The translations under genes were made by a program, and so were the position numbers. The notes under the pieces were generated by a model that saw nothing but the letters and a program-made list of their open reading frames with translations, was not told the DNA's origin and made no database searches. From the IMG/VR virus record IMGVR_UViG_3300005077_000014, positions 1-64,000 of that record: a stretch of DNA of 64,000 nt; one strand, written 5' to 3'. Below, in pieces: positions 8,640 to 18,017 of this stretch (the first letter of the stretch is position 1; each line of letters opens with the position of its first letter). This DNA is from a virus (lineage: Duplodnaviria; Caudoviricetes).

Positions 8640-9191
8640 ATGGCATCTGGCGACACCACATTAATTGGAATCGCACTCTTTGCGCCAAACGTTTTGACTC
8701 AGCGCTTAGAGAAATTGGTTCCTTTTGCCGTGAGTGTCGGCCTGAAAGACATGCTCAGGACCATTAAGGCTGATGTGCTCGCCAGGACTCCTGTTGGCTG
8801 GGTCTATATACCAGCAAAAGTGAATAAGAAGGGCAAGAAAAGGACTGACCAGGCGGGCAAGGGAAAGTGGGTCAAGTCTAGTTCGGCGTCTGGCAAAAAG
8901 GCGGCGGGCGCTGGGATAGCGAAGTCATGGCGCACTGGCATTGAACAAGACAGCTTCTTTATTGGAACAGATATGCCCTATGCGTTCATGTTGGAAGACG
9001 GGAGATATCCGAATCCACCAAAAGGGCCGCTGCCAACAGGCAAGCCGTGGGATAAAGGTTGGCGAGTCGAGGGCGGTTTCTCTAAACAGGCTCAAGGCGG
9101 CTTGCTTCAACCAATTTATGATGATGATACGTATCTTCAGGGCGCTGTTGGCTTGATAGCAGAACGCATTATTCAGCAGTTTAACGGGTAG
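8640..9191 (+). CDS. Putative tail-completion protein (HK97 gp10-like)
   Basis: ARTPV...IGTDMPYAFMLEDG pattern; neck synteny. Confidence 0.6.
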   Translation: MASGDTTLIGIALFAPNVLTQRLEKLVPFAVSVGLKDMLRTIKADVLARTPVGWVYIPAKVNKKGKKRTDQAGKGKWVKSSSASGKKAAGAGIAKSWRTGIEQDSFFIGTDMPYAFMLEDGRYPNPPKGPLPTGKPWDKGWRVEGGFSKQAQGGLLQPIYDDDTYLQGAVGLIAERIIQQFNG

Positions 9192-9196
9192 CAACC

Positions 9197-9646
9197 GTGG
9201 AAGAACGAGAAGCGATTATATCACATTGCATGACGATTCTGGAGACTGTGCCGGGTGTTCAGCTTGTGACTGACAATTTGCGTCTCGTGATTCTCGCTAA
9301 GCCTGAAGAGTTGCCGGCTGTATGTCTGGTTGACTTGGGTGACGACACAGAATCAGAGGATAATTATGGGCGTTCAAATCGTTGCACAATGAAGCTGGGC
9401 TTTGTTTCAGTGGTTGAAGGGACAACCGAATTGACGGCTCGAACTGAGCTCGCGGCGTTCGAGAAAAAAGTAATGGCGGTTCTCTATAACAATATTTTTG
9501 AGTGCGCTTATGTCGATTGGTTTGGGCAAACCGGCAAATCGCATGTGAATTATCCTGATATTGGGCCTCGAATCGTAAGACGGGGCATTGAATTTGAAAT
9601 CAAATACATCGAGTCAGTGCAAAACCTGATTGCGATGACTCTTTAA
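9197..9646 (+). CDS. Putative tail terminator
   Basis: ELPAVCL motif, 149 aa, directly before the tail tube gene. Confidence 0.55.
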   Translation: MEEREAIISHCMTILETVPGVQLVTDNLRLVILAKPEELPAVCLVDLGDDTESEDNYGRSNRCTMKLGFVSVVEGTTELTARTELAAFEKKVMAVLYNNIFECAYVDWFGQTGKSHVNYPDIGPRIVRRGIEFEIKYIESVQNLIAMTL

Positions 9647-9680
9647 ACAGCCAATTAATACAATCTGGAGGTAATTAGTC

Positions 9681-10217
9681 ATGGCTTATAACCCTGCACA
9701 ATATTATGTGGGCGGCGGTATATTCAAGCTTGCTGAGTGGGACGGCACGACACCCCCCGACATTGGAGAGCTGGCAGAGCTTGGGGCCGTTTCCTCAATG
9801 GAGCTTTCGCCAGCAATCGACAAAATCGAGCACGAAACGTCTCGACTTGGCATTTCGGCAAAAGACGACGAGGCAGTTGTCAAGACCGGCGCTTCCATGA
9901 AAATCGTTGTTGACCAGATAAACCAGGACGTGCTTTCGATGTTTTTTCTGGGAGACAAGGTTGATACTGACGAAGTGGAGCTTTTCACGAACACCTCGCA
10001 GTATTACGCGGTGTATTTCACTTGTGCGAACACGAAGGGCGAGCTTTGGGACTTCTATGTCTACAAATGCTCGGTCACACCTTCTGGCGCATACAAGGCG
10101 ATTTCCGGAAAAGAATACAACACTGTTGAGCTGACGCTTGAGCTTCTGTCTGATGCGGTGAATCATCCAACTGGTTCTCCGTTCGGCAAAGCAATCAAGA
10201 TGACAGCGGCTGGATAA
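9681..10217 (+). CDS. Major tail tube protein
   Basis: ELGAVSSMELSPAIDKIEHETSR...DDEAVVKTGASMKIVVDQINQDVLSMFF; RBS GGAGGT. Confidence 0.75.
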   Translation: MAYNPAQYYVGGGIFKLAEWDGTTPPDIGELAELGAVSSMELSPAIDKIEHETSRLGISAKDDEAVVKTGASMKIVVDQINQDVLSMFFLGDKVDTDEVELFTNTSQYYAVYFTCANTKGELWDFYVYKCSVTPSGAYKAISGKEYNTVELTLELLSDAVNHPTGSPFGKAIKMTAAG

Positions 10218-10272
10218 GGTGCAACTATTCGGGAATTCCTAATAGTTGATTATCTTTTTCTGAGGTATTTTC

Positions 10273-10710
10273 ATGAGTAAAACAGACAAGGCGGCTCAAA
10301 CGAAGAGCCGTCTTTCTCCCGAACAGGAAGTGATTTACAACGGCGCTCGAATAGTCGTTAAGCCGTTGCGATGGGGCCGGGTTTCTGATGCTGTTGGAGT
10401 AATTGGAGACTTCGGCTTCTTTGTTTTTAATACAATTCTTCCGCTTATTGGGAGGCCAGATTTCTCGATTGAGTCTATCAAAGACGAAATCACGAATCAG
10501 CTCAAAAGCGGATTGTTCGAGGGGTTAAACACACTGCTTAATGAGTGTGTTAGCGTTCCAGATTGCCCAGAAATGACCATTGAAGATTTGCCTGTAACAG
10601 TTATTCCAGAAATCATCGACATTTTCTATGACCAGAATGTTGACCTAAAAAATTGGAGGGCTCTGATTCAGAAGCGTCCAGGACTCGTGGGTTTGTTCAA
10701 CCTGAATTAG
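10273..10710 (+). CDS. Tail assembly chaperone (G-type)
   Basis: Between tube and tape measure; slippery G GGT TTG at 10689-10695. Confidence 0.75.
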   Translation: MSKTDKAAQTKSRLSPEQEVIYNGARIVVKPLRWGRVSDAVGVIGDFGFFVFNTILPLIGRPDFSIESIKDEITNQLKSGLFEGLNTLLNECVSVPDCPEMTIEDLPVTVIPEIIDIFYDQNVDLKNWRALIQKRPGLVGLFNLN

Positions 10711-10916
10711 AATCAGAGCCATTTGTCAGACTCCTGGACAAAATTGCAGCGGCATTAATTCTCAATGGCCAGAATCCAGAATTCATTGTGAACTGTTCAG
10801 TTGAAACTTTGCTGTATTTGGCGAAGACACTTGCAGAGAAAAATAATCCAGACTCACGAGAGAATCGGCCTGTTGTCATGGGAACAGACGAGATGTTGAT
10901 GGATTTCTTTGGATAA
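10689..10916 (+). CDS. Tail assembly chaperone -1 frameshift extension (T-type)
   Basis: Open -1 frame entered at GGGTTTG (XXXYYYZ in the canonical phase), ending at the tape measure start. Confidence 0.7.
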   Translation, partial: GFVQPELESEPFVRLLDKIAAALILNGQNPEFIVNCSVETLLYLAKTLAEKNNPDSRENRPVVMGTDEMLMDFFG

Positions 10917-10920
10917 CATC

Positions 10921-13900
10921 ATGGCTTCTCAGTCAAAAAACTTACTTCTCAATCTTATAGTGAACGCTGTTGATAAAGCTGCGCCCGTTTTGACGAACAT
11001 CAAGACAGCGCTTGATGGAATGCAGTCATCGGCTCGCAATGCTTCTCAGGCGGCGTCAAATGCTGGGAAGAATATCGAAGCTGGCTTGAAACAAGCTGCT
11101 ACAGTGGCCGACAATCTCAAGAAACGTCTTGATTCTGTCAGCACGACCTTAGCGGGCGTCGGCGCGAGTCTCGCTGGCGCTGGTGCGGCGTTGGGCGTGC
11201 CATTGATACAGGCTACTAAGACAGCGGCAGACTTTGAAAATGAGATGAATAAACTCCGGGCGGCCGGTGAGATCGACATTAACACGACCGAGGGCCAGAA
11301 GCAGTTTGAGGCGCTGACAAATAAAGCAAGAGAGCTTGGAAAAGAGGGCCAGTATTCAGCAAGTGAAGTGGCACAGGCGATGACAGAGCTAACAAAGGCG
11401 GGCTTTCGGACCGAGGAAGTCTTGTCTTCTATCGGTCCGGCCTTGAATCTCGCATTTGCTGAGGGAAGATCCACGAAAGAAACGGCTGAAGACCTCGTTA
11501 AAGTGTTGGCTGGCTTCGGACTTGGGGCGGATCAGGCGGCGCGAGCAACAGACGTCCTTTCCAAGACTTCACTTGCTACCACAACGTCAATGGCTGGACT
11601 TGTGGAAGGTTTGAAGTATGTCTCTTCACTCGCAAGCAACGTTGGAATGAGTCTCGAAGAAACAACGGCATATCTCGGTATATTTGCTCAGAAGGGCATC
11701 GATGCGAGTATGGCGGGAACGGGACTCAGGCGATTACTGGGCGATTTGTCGAATCCAACAGGAGATGCGAGGGCGGCGCTGGCTCAACTTGGCGTCCAGG
11801 TTGCAAAGAATGCTGACGGATCGGTGAATCTCACTCAGACATTTGAACGTCTCGCAAAGAGTGGCCTATCGACGGCAAACGCTTTTAAAATTTTTGGCGA
11901 TCAAGGCGGTAATGTTGCTGTGGTTGCGACAAAAAATCTTGACGCAATCAAGGCACTGACAAGAGAGAATGACAATGCGGCGGGCTCACTCGCCAAGTTC
12001 GTTGCGACTATCCGAGAAGGATTATTACCTTCATGGAATCAATTCAAAAAGACATTGGGAGACGTTGGAATCCAGCTTGCTGGGCCATTTTTACAAGCGC
12101 TTAAAGGTGCGCTTGATGGAGTTTCTTCTTTTCTCAGGGGCATTTCAGAGTTTGCCAAGGAACATCCGGCCATGGCAAAATTCTTTGGCATCTTTGCGGC
12201 TGGCGCTGCGGCTCTGATTACGGCGGCGGGCACTGCGGCCTTGGCGATTGCTGGCCTAGCATTTACGTTTGGGAATCTCGCAAGGGCTGTCACGGCAACG
12301 AACATCGCATCTATCGGTCCGGCGTTGCTCGCTTCTATTCCATCGTGGACAGCTATCACAGCGGCTGTAACATCGTTTGGAACCACATTAAGCGGGCTGG
12401 GTGCCGGCATTGCTGCGTTTGCAGCTGGTCCGGCTGTCTTGATTGCGGGCTCTATTGTGGCGATTTTAGCGACGGTTGCTGGCGCTTACAAAATATTATC
12501 TGATCGTGCGGAGGCGGCTGAAATCCAGGCTGAGACGTTGAAAAGGTCACAGGCGGACCTGAACAGGGCCATAGCGGAAGGATTCGACCCGAATAAAGCG
12601 ATTCAAGGTGTCTCTGGGGCAGCATTGACAGCGGATCCATATGTGGATCTTTTGTCTCGAAGACGACAGGCGGTTGCTGACTTCGTTGGCTGGAATGAGA
12701 AACTGACTCAGGCTCGCGAGGCTGATGCTCAATCGTGGGGACTTGGAAAATCGGCTGAAACTGAGACTGCGGAGAAGAGCGTTGCTCTGGCAAGACAGAA
12801 TCTTAATGTCATTACGCAAGAGATCAATGCCAGGATAGACCAGAAATCAGCGGTTGAAGGCGTTGGGCAATCTCTGCGTGATAATGCTGACGCAACCAAG
12901 GAAGAGATAAAAACTTCTGAGCAGCTGTTACAGCTTGCTAGAGATCGAGCCGAAATCGAAGTCAAGCTGATTCAGGAATCCGTCAAGACCAAAGAGGATT
13001 CCTTTAAACTGGAATTGGAACAGGCCAAAGTCAGAATCAATGAGACTATCCGAGACGAAAGCCAAGCGCAACAAGCCATTAGTGCGTTGGTTGCTGACTC
13101 TTCACAGAAGCGAATTGCATTGGCAGAGCAAGAATATATCCAACTTCGCATGGCCAGAGAGAAGGGGTTCGCGGAGCAAAGGGCGGCACTCGAAGCACAA
13201 ATAGCGGCTGGCGAGAAAGTTGCAGATGCTCTTAAGGGCCTTCAAGACCTGGAAAAACAACGAACTGAAAGTCAAATTGCTGATTCTCGGAAGCTGACGC
13301 AAGCGGTTGTCAGTGAGCTCAACACTCAACTTGCGGCAAAAGATGAGCAAGTCAAAAAGGTCAAGACCCTTGAAGGGCAATTGCGAGACGAACAGCGGGC
13401 CAGTGTGGAAGCATTGCGTCAAGTCTCTGATGCGAATATGACCGAGTTTAGCAAGCTGCAAGCTCACATTGGCGACGTTAATACCAAGCTGCAAGAGGCT
13501 GTCAAACTGGCTCCCTCGATGCCTGAGAAAGCACTGGAACTTTTCAAACAGGTGCGGACTGAATCGGCGGGCCTTGTCCAGAATATCGAGCAGTTCAATG
13601 ATAAACTGAGAAATGCGGCGAATGCTGGCCAAGATGCTTTGCGGAAGGTTAATGCGTATGGGCTTCAAGGCATAGACCGGTATAAATCAGAGATCAGTGA
13701 TATCGAACTTGCGCTCGAACGTGCCAATGATGCCCTAAAGGGCGGGCGATTCGGTGAGGCTGAGAATCTTTACAAGTCCGTCATGTCGGCGGCTCAAGGT
13801 CTACCTGGAAACGCTGTTAAGACAGGGAACGCAGAGCAAGACGCGGCAAATCTCGAAGCGGCGAAGGCTGATGCGCGGATCTTGATTCAAATCGCATCTG

Positions 13901-14748
13901 GCGGCATGAACGATGCGATCAAGATCCAGAAAGCACAAGCCGAAGAAACGAACCGACAGGCCAAAGCCAACATTGAGACAGCACAGAAAGCCATTGAGAA
14001 TTTAATCAGGGCTCAGATAGACAGTGCGAATCAGTTGATTAATGCTCTCAATGCGAATACCGAAGCGCTGCAAGGCAGACTTGGGCAGACACCTGGACAG
14101 ACGGGACAACCCGGCCAACTTGACACTGGCCAAGGTGCGGCCAGTGGAACAGCGGATCTTTCGAGTGCTGTTCAATCAGGCGTGCAAAATGCTTTGGGTG
14201 GATCAGGAAGCGGATCGTCAAACCTTCCCGGTTACAATCCTACTGTCTCAGGCCAGAGCGGACAGCCTGATTATTCGTCAAGCCTGATGCCAAGCGAAAG
14301 AAGTAATCCATTATTGGATATTCAACTGGCGCAAACCGACAAGCTCTTGGCTCAATCGCAGTCCGAAAGCGCAACGATGAACGCTCGTATGGATGCGTTG
14401 AAATATCTGGAATCTCAGGCGGGTATTGTTGATTCGCGTGAACAGCGAGGATATACGTCAGGTGCTCTAGGCTCTAGCGTCTTCGATAATCTCAGTGGCA
14501 TCATTCAGGGTATCCAAGGTAACATTCAGCAGCAAGCGCAACAGACACTCGATAAAATGTCCAGTAGCACGTCCCCCAAGGCTATCGAGTCAACCATGGA
14601 TAAGGTGCATGAATCTCTTACCAAGGCTGGCGAGACCTTCTTACAGGGCGCTGGCGAAGCTGTGAACAAATTGAATGAAGCCCTATGGAAAGTGGAAATT
14701 CTTGTCAGTGACAACAGAGCAAATCTCGGCTCTGTCAAGCGAGTGTAA
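10921..14748 (+). CDS. Tape measure protein (TP901-type core)
   Basis: About 1275 aa; ARELGKEGQYSASEVAQAMTELTKAGF, Ala/Gly-rich hydrophobic middle, long helical C-terminus. Confidence 0.93.
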   Translation: MASQSKNLLLNLIVNAVDKAAPVLTNIKTALDGMQSSARNASQAASNAGKNIEAGLKQAATVADNLKKRLDSVSTTLAGVGASLAGAGAALGVPLIQATKTAADFENEMNKLRAAGEIDINTTEGQKQFEALTNKARELGKEGQYSASEVAQAMTELTKAGFRTEEVLSSIGPALNLAFAEGRSTKETAEDLVKVLAGFGLGADQAARATDVLSKTSLATTTSMAGLVEGLKYVSSLASNVGMSLEETTAYLGIFAQKGIDASMAGTGLRRLLGDLSNPTGDARAALAQLGVQVAKNADGSVNLTQTFERLAKSGLSTANAFKIFGDQGGNVAVVATKNLDAIKALTRENDNAAGSLAKFVATIREGLLPSWNQFKKTLGDVGIQLAGPFLQALKGALDGVSSFLRGISEFAKEHPAMAKFFGIFAAGAAALITAAGTAALAIAGLAFTFGNLARAVTATNIASIGPALLASIPSWTAITAAVTSFGTTLSGLGAGIAAFAAGPAVLIAGSIVAILATVAGAYKILSDRAEAAEIQAETLKRSQADLNRAIAEGFDPNKAIQGVSGAALTADPYVDLLSRRRQAVADFVGWNEKLTQAREADAQSWGLGKSAETETAEKSVALARQNLNVITQEINARIDQKSAVEGVGQSLRDNADATKEEIKTSEQLLQLARDRAEIEVKLIQESVKTKEDSFKLELEQAKVRINETIRDESQAQQAISALVADSSQKRIALAEQEYIQLRMAREKGFAEQRAALEAQIAAGEKVADALKGLQDLEKQRTESQIADSRKLTQAVVSELNTQLAAKDEQVKKVKTLEGQLRDEQRASVEALRQVSDANMTEFSKLQAHIGDVNTKLQEAVKLAPSMPEKALELFKQVRTESAGLVQNIEQFNDKLRNAANAGQDALRKVNAYGLQGIDRYKSEISDIELALERANDALKGGRFGEAENLYKSVMSAAQGLPGNAVKTGNAEQDAANLEAAKADARILIQIASGGMNDAIKIQKAQAEETNRQAKANIETAQKAIENLIRAQIDSANQLINALNANTEALQGRLGQTPGQTGQPGQLDTGQGAASGTADLSSAVQSGVQNALGGSGSGSSNLPGYNPTVSGQSGQPDYSSSLMPSERSNPLLDIQLAQTDKLLAQSQSESATMNARMDALKYLESQAGIVDSREQRGYTSGALGSSVFDNLSGIIQGIQGNIQQQAQQTLDKMSSSTSPKAIESTMDKVHESLTKAGETFLQGAGEAVNKLNEALWKVEILVSDNRANLGSVKRV

Positions 14749-14750
14749 TC

Positions 14751-15170
14751 ATGGCTAATGGCGGGACAATTGGCAGCATTGCTCTTGACGATCCCTTGTT
14801 GATTGACAACCAGTTTTCAGATAAGGGAAATGCACAGGTTAAAAGAGCTTTTGATGGCTCGTATTGTGTCTCGCGTCTTGTCACGACATCTTCAGAAGGC
14901 CGACATAAAGTCAAGGTCTTTTGGGTGACACAAGCACAAATGGAATCGATTCGAGATTGGATTGAAGGTGGATCGTCTGTCACAATTACTGCGCACTCTG
15001 ACTCTATCGCAAAAACAAGAATTACAAGCGCTCGGGGCATTCCTGGCACGTCGCAATTTTCCAGGGTGGCAGACAAGCCGTCACTGACTCACGACATGAT
15101 TCGAGGACAAAAAACAGACAGATATAACGGTGAATTTGAAGTTGTGGGCACTCTGGTTGATCCTACATAA
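14751..15170 (+). CDS. Putative distal tail protein
   Basis: 139 aa immediately after the tape measure gene. Confidence 0.5.
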   Translation: MANGGTIGSIALDDPLLIDNQFSDKGNAQVKRAFDGSYCVSRLVTTSSEGRHKVKVFWVTQAQMESIRDWIEGGSSVTITAHSDSIAKTRITSARGIPGTSQFSRVADKPSLTHDMIRGQKTDRYNGEFEVVGTLVDPT

Positions 15171-15184
15171 GGGGCACTCTGTGG

Positions 15185-17251
15185 ATGGGCGACATCAAGG
15201 CAAAAATCAAGATTTCTGGCCTAACAGGGGACGCTCCACAAGGCTCGTCTTTTTCTCATTCTGTTGACGCAGATTCTTTTCAATCCAATTGGTCATTAGA
15301 GTTTACAGATCCATACGTTGTCCAGGATGCTGATGTTGTTTCCGTGGATCTTGAGCTTTATTCGTCCACTGTTTCAGCAACCAGCAACGATGGAAACATT
15401 GTCAGTGATGGAGCTATTTCGTCGTGGGGTGTTCAGCTGGGCGATTCCCTTGTAACAACAGCAAGCGGAATCAAAAGTGCTAACGAAGAGCCAACATCTT
15501 CTCCGGAGAAAACCCTATACTTTGTCAATTCTGCATGGATTAACAGGTTAGCCGGCGGCAAAAAGTCATGGACATTCCGAGACAACGCCCTGTATTGGAT
15601 TAAATCTGGCAGAAACAGAACCGGCAAGGTCAGACGAATTGAACACGCGGACCTTCCAAGCGCAGACATGCCGACAGACTCATACGAGCTTCGATTCTGC
15701 TCGAAACATCATGACGTTTTAAGCTATCTGGTTAGTAAGCTTGGCTATACGTATTACAGCGGCAGTGGCGAGGTTGTCCAGACACTAGGCTATACGCTTG
15801 TCACTAACGTTCCAAATCTTGATATTAACCATTCCTTTGTGGTGAGCAGCGGAGAAACGTATATTGACGCAATCAACAGACTCGTGGCGCTATGGAATCC
15901 TTTGGTCAAAATAGTTCACAGGGCCACAAGCATTAACGGCCTCGAATATCCGGGTGTTGTTTATATTCTTGAAACCACGGGCGACACACACGACAAAGAG
16001 CAGCCTAAAACAGTAGTGATTGATGATTCTGCGCTTATGTCTGGCGTGGAATTTTCTTTTACTGGTCCAAATCAAAACGACTTGATTGACAAGGTGATTA
16101 TCAAGGGCGGGGCGCTGTCTGGCAGTGTCGAATTGCCTGATCCTGGCGAATTGAAACTGACAAAATTAGATGCGATGGAAATTGATATTGAGAATTTGTT
16201 GAACTTTTTCCACGTTGAGCAGATGAACGACATCTTGGGGGCTAAACGATACGGTGATTATAAAAAGGGATTCAACGAGCAAGACGCACCCGACCAAATC
16301 AGGGTTGATAAAATATTAAAAAGTGAAACTTATTATCAGAATCCAGATGACCGGACTCAACTATTATTAATGGCAGAAGCCACAGAAAGCATGGATGAAA
16401 ACGGGCAGACAGTTCATACTCACACAACATCGAACCAATATGCTGAAACTGGTGAACTTGTTCGATCCACGGAAACAGAGCGAGCTTTGGTTAATGAGCC
16501 CGGTGTGCCTTTCAAGAAAATGAGAGAAGTCCTCCACAGGACAATTGACCAAAGCCGAATTTATGACGGCATCCAACGCAGCAACGTGCTTGAGATTGTT
16601 GAAGAGCCTGTTGTGGTGACAAAGGTTATCCCACAAACAGGGGAGCCATATTATGCGGGCCCTGTTCGATTGATTCAAGCTCAGAGTCAAAACAGGGTGT
16701 CAACTGACGTTTCCACTACTCAAGAGCTTATCGAGATGACCACTCGTGTCAAAATGAGCAAGGTGCATCGAGTCACTAAGACAGTGTTACGTCAAATTGA
16801 AATGGAATGGGATAATCTCTCAGGGACAATGCATTGCCAAACCCAAATTGTCGCGGACCCAAGAATACAAGATGCAGATGAAGAGCCCAGATATTATAAC
16901 GAGATTCGCAAGCCTGGAGTTATTCAGTTTCATAAATCTGCGACAGTCGAACATCCGGACATTGTAACAGACACTGTTGCTCAGTTGGTTGCTGACTTAA
17001 TATTTTTGCGTTCATCGCAGCGCAAAACGAATGTCACGATACGGCCAAAGGTCTTTATCCCAATCCTTGACACTGCTTATGATGTCAGAATCCCAACAAT
17101 CCAGGTGCAAGTGTCTGGTGCGTCAGGAACAGCAATCAGGACAATTACTGGCGGGACTTATAGAATGATTAAGAGCGATTTTCAGGCATCTATGGGAACC
17201 GGGAGCGATTGCAATGTGGACCAGACGCTTTCATTAAGAAACGTGTTGTAA
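15185..17251 (+). CDS. Putative tail-tip hub protein
   Basis: 688 aa, second gene after tape measure; beta-rich. Confidence 0.55.
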   Translation: MGDIKAKIKISGLTGDAPQGSSFSHSVDADSFQSNWSLEFTDPYVVQDADVVSVDLELYSSTVSATSNDGNIVSDGAISSWGVQLGDSLVTTASGIKSANEEPTSSPEKTLYFVNSAWINRLAGGKKSWTFRDNALYWIKSGRNRTGKVRRIEHADLPSADMPTDSYELRFCSKHHDVLSYLVSKLGYTYYSGSGEVVQTLGYTLVTNVPNLDINHSFVVSSGETYIDAINRLVALWNPLVKIVHRATSINGLEYPGVVYILETTGDTHDKEQPKTVVIDDSALMSGVEFSFTGPNQNDLIDKVIIKGGALSGSVELPDPGELKLTKLDAMEIDIENLLNFFHVEQMNDILGAKRYGDYKKGFNEQDAPDQIRVDKILKSETYYQNPDDRTQLLLMAEATESMDENGQTVHTHTTSNQYAETGELVRSTETERALVNEPGVPFKKMREVLHRTIDQSRIYDGIQRSNVLEIVEEPVVVTKVIPQTGEPYYAGPVRLIQAQSQNRVSTDVSTTQELIEMTTRVKMSKVHRVTKTVLRQIEMEWDNLSGTMHCQTQIVADPRIQDADEEPRYYNEIRKPGVIQFHKSATVEHPDIVTDTVAQLVADLIFLRSSQRKTNVTIRPKVFIPILDTAYDVRIPTIQVQVSGASGTAIRTITGGTYRMIKSDFQASMGTGSDCNVDQTLSLRNVL

Positions 17252-17288
17252 GTGTTGCAAGCGGCTGTAAATATTTTAAGAGGCGACT

Positions 17289-18014
17289 ATGGCAATCAAC
17301 GAGATATGGAAAACAGAGTTCAGCATTACTGGTTCGGGGTGGTTTGATTCTGAAACTTGTTATTTCAGGAACGTTTCAGGCGCTCCCATAGTGTCTGCTG
17401 ACTTGTATGGATACCCTGTTCCTGGGGTATTTCGATGCGAAGTGATCGACGTTACGGGTGATCAAATCACTGTCACAGTAAAGAAGATCAATTTTCACGA
17501 CGCACATCATCCTGATTTAGACGAAACGGGAACTGCATATACACTGGGAGCAACTTACGACGAATGGGAATATGTCTGGTTTATTGCAAACATTCGACTG
17601 ATAACGAATACGGTCATCAACGAAGGCGACTCGTGGGAGATGGGGTATGGTTATATTCTGGACTCTACTACGGGCGTGTGGACCAGAATCATGCCTTTTG
17701 GAGTAGTGATCCCCGGAGACGTTTCAGAGTCTATTTTCATGCGAATCACTAACATCGATGATAGGCCAAGAGCAAACGTGCTGCTGCTTTGGGAGAACAC
17801 CGGAGATGATTTCGTAGGCGCAAGACTTGAAAACGGAACGTGGATTGCTCCTGAGACAGGACAATTACTACTTCAAGACGCTAATGCTATTGAGGGCTAC
17901 TTTGATCCTGATGGAGTCTGCGTAATAGAGTTCCGAGCTACTCCGAGTAGCTCTGCTACATCCGAAAACAACATGATTCAAGTCGATCTTAGCGTTCAGT
18001 CGCTGGAGATATAA
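17289..18014 (+). CDS. Hypothetical tail-module protein
   Basis: 241 aa, acidic, beta-rich. Confidence 0.55.
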   Translation: MAINEIWKTEFSITGSGWFDSETCYFRNVSGAPIVSADLYGYPVPGVFRCEVIDVTGDQITVTVKKINFHDAHHPDLDETGTAYTLGATYDEWEYVWFIANIRLITNTVINEGDSWEMGYGYILDSTTGVWTRIMPFGVVIPGDVSESIFMRITNIDDRPRANVLLLWENTGDDFVGARLENGTWIAPETGQLLLQDANAIEGYFDPDGVCVIEFRATPSSSATSENNMIQVDLSVQSLEI

Positions 18015-18017
18015 ATC

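Noticed and set aside
9197-10916. Contractile (myovirus/PBSX) tail
   Set aside because: Despite PBSX-like head genes there is no sheath-sized gene and no recognisable baseplate wedge genes
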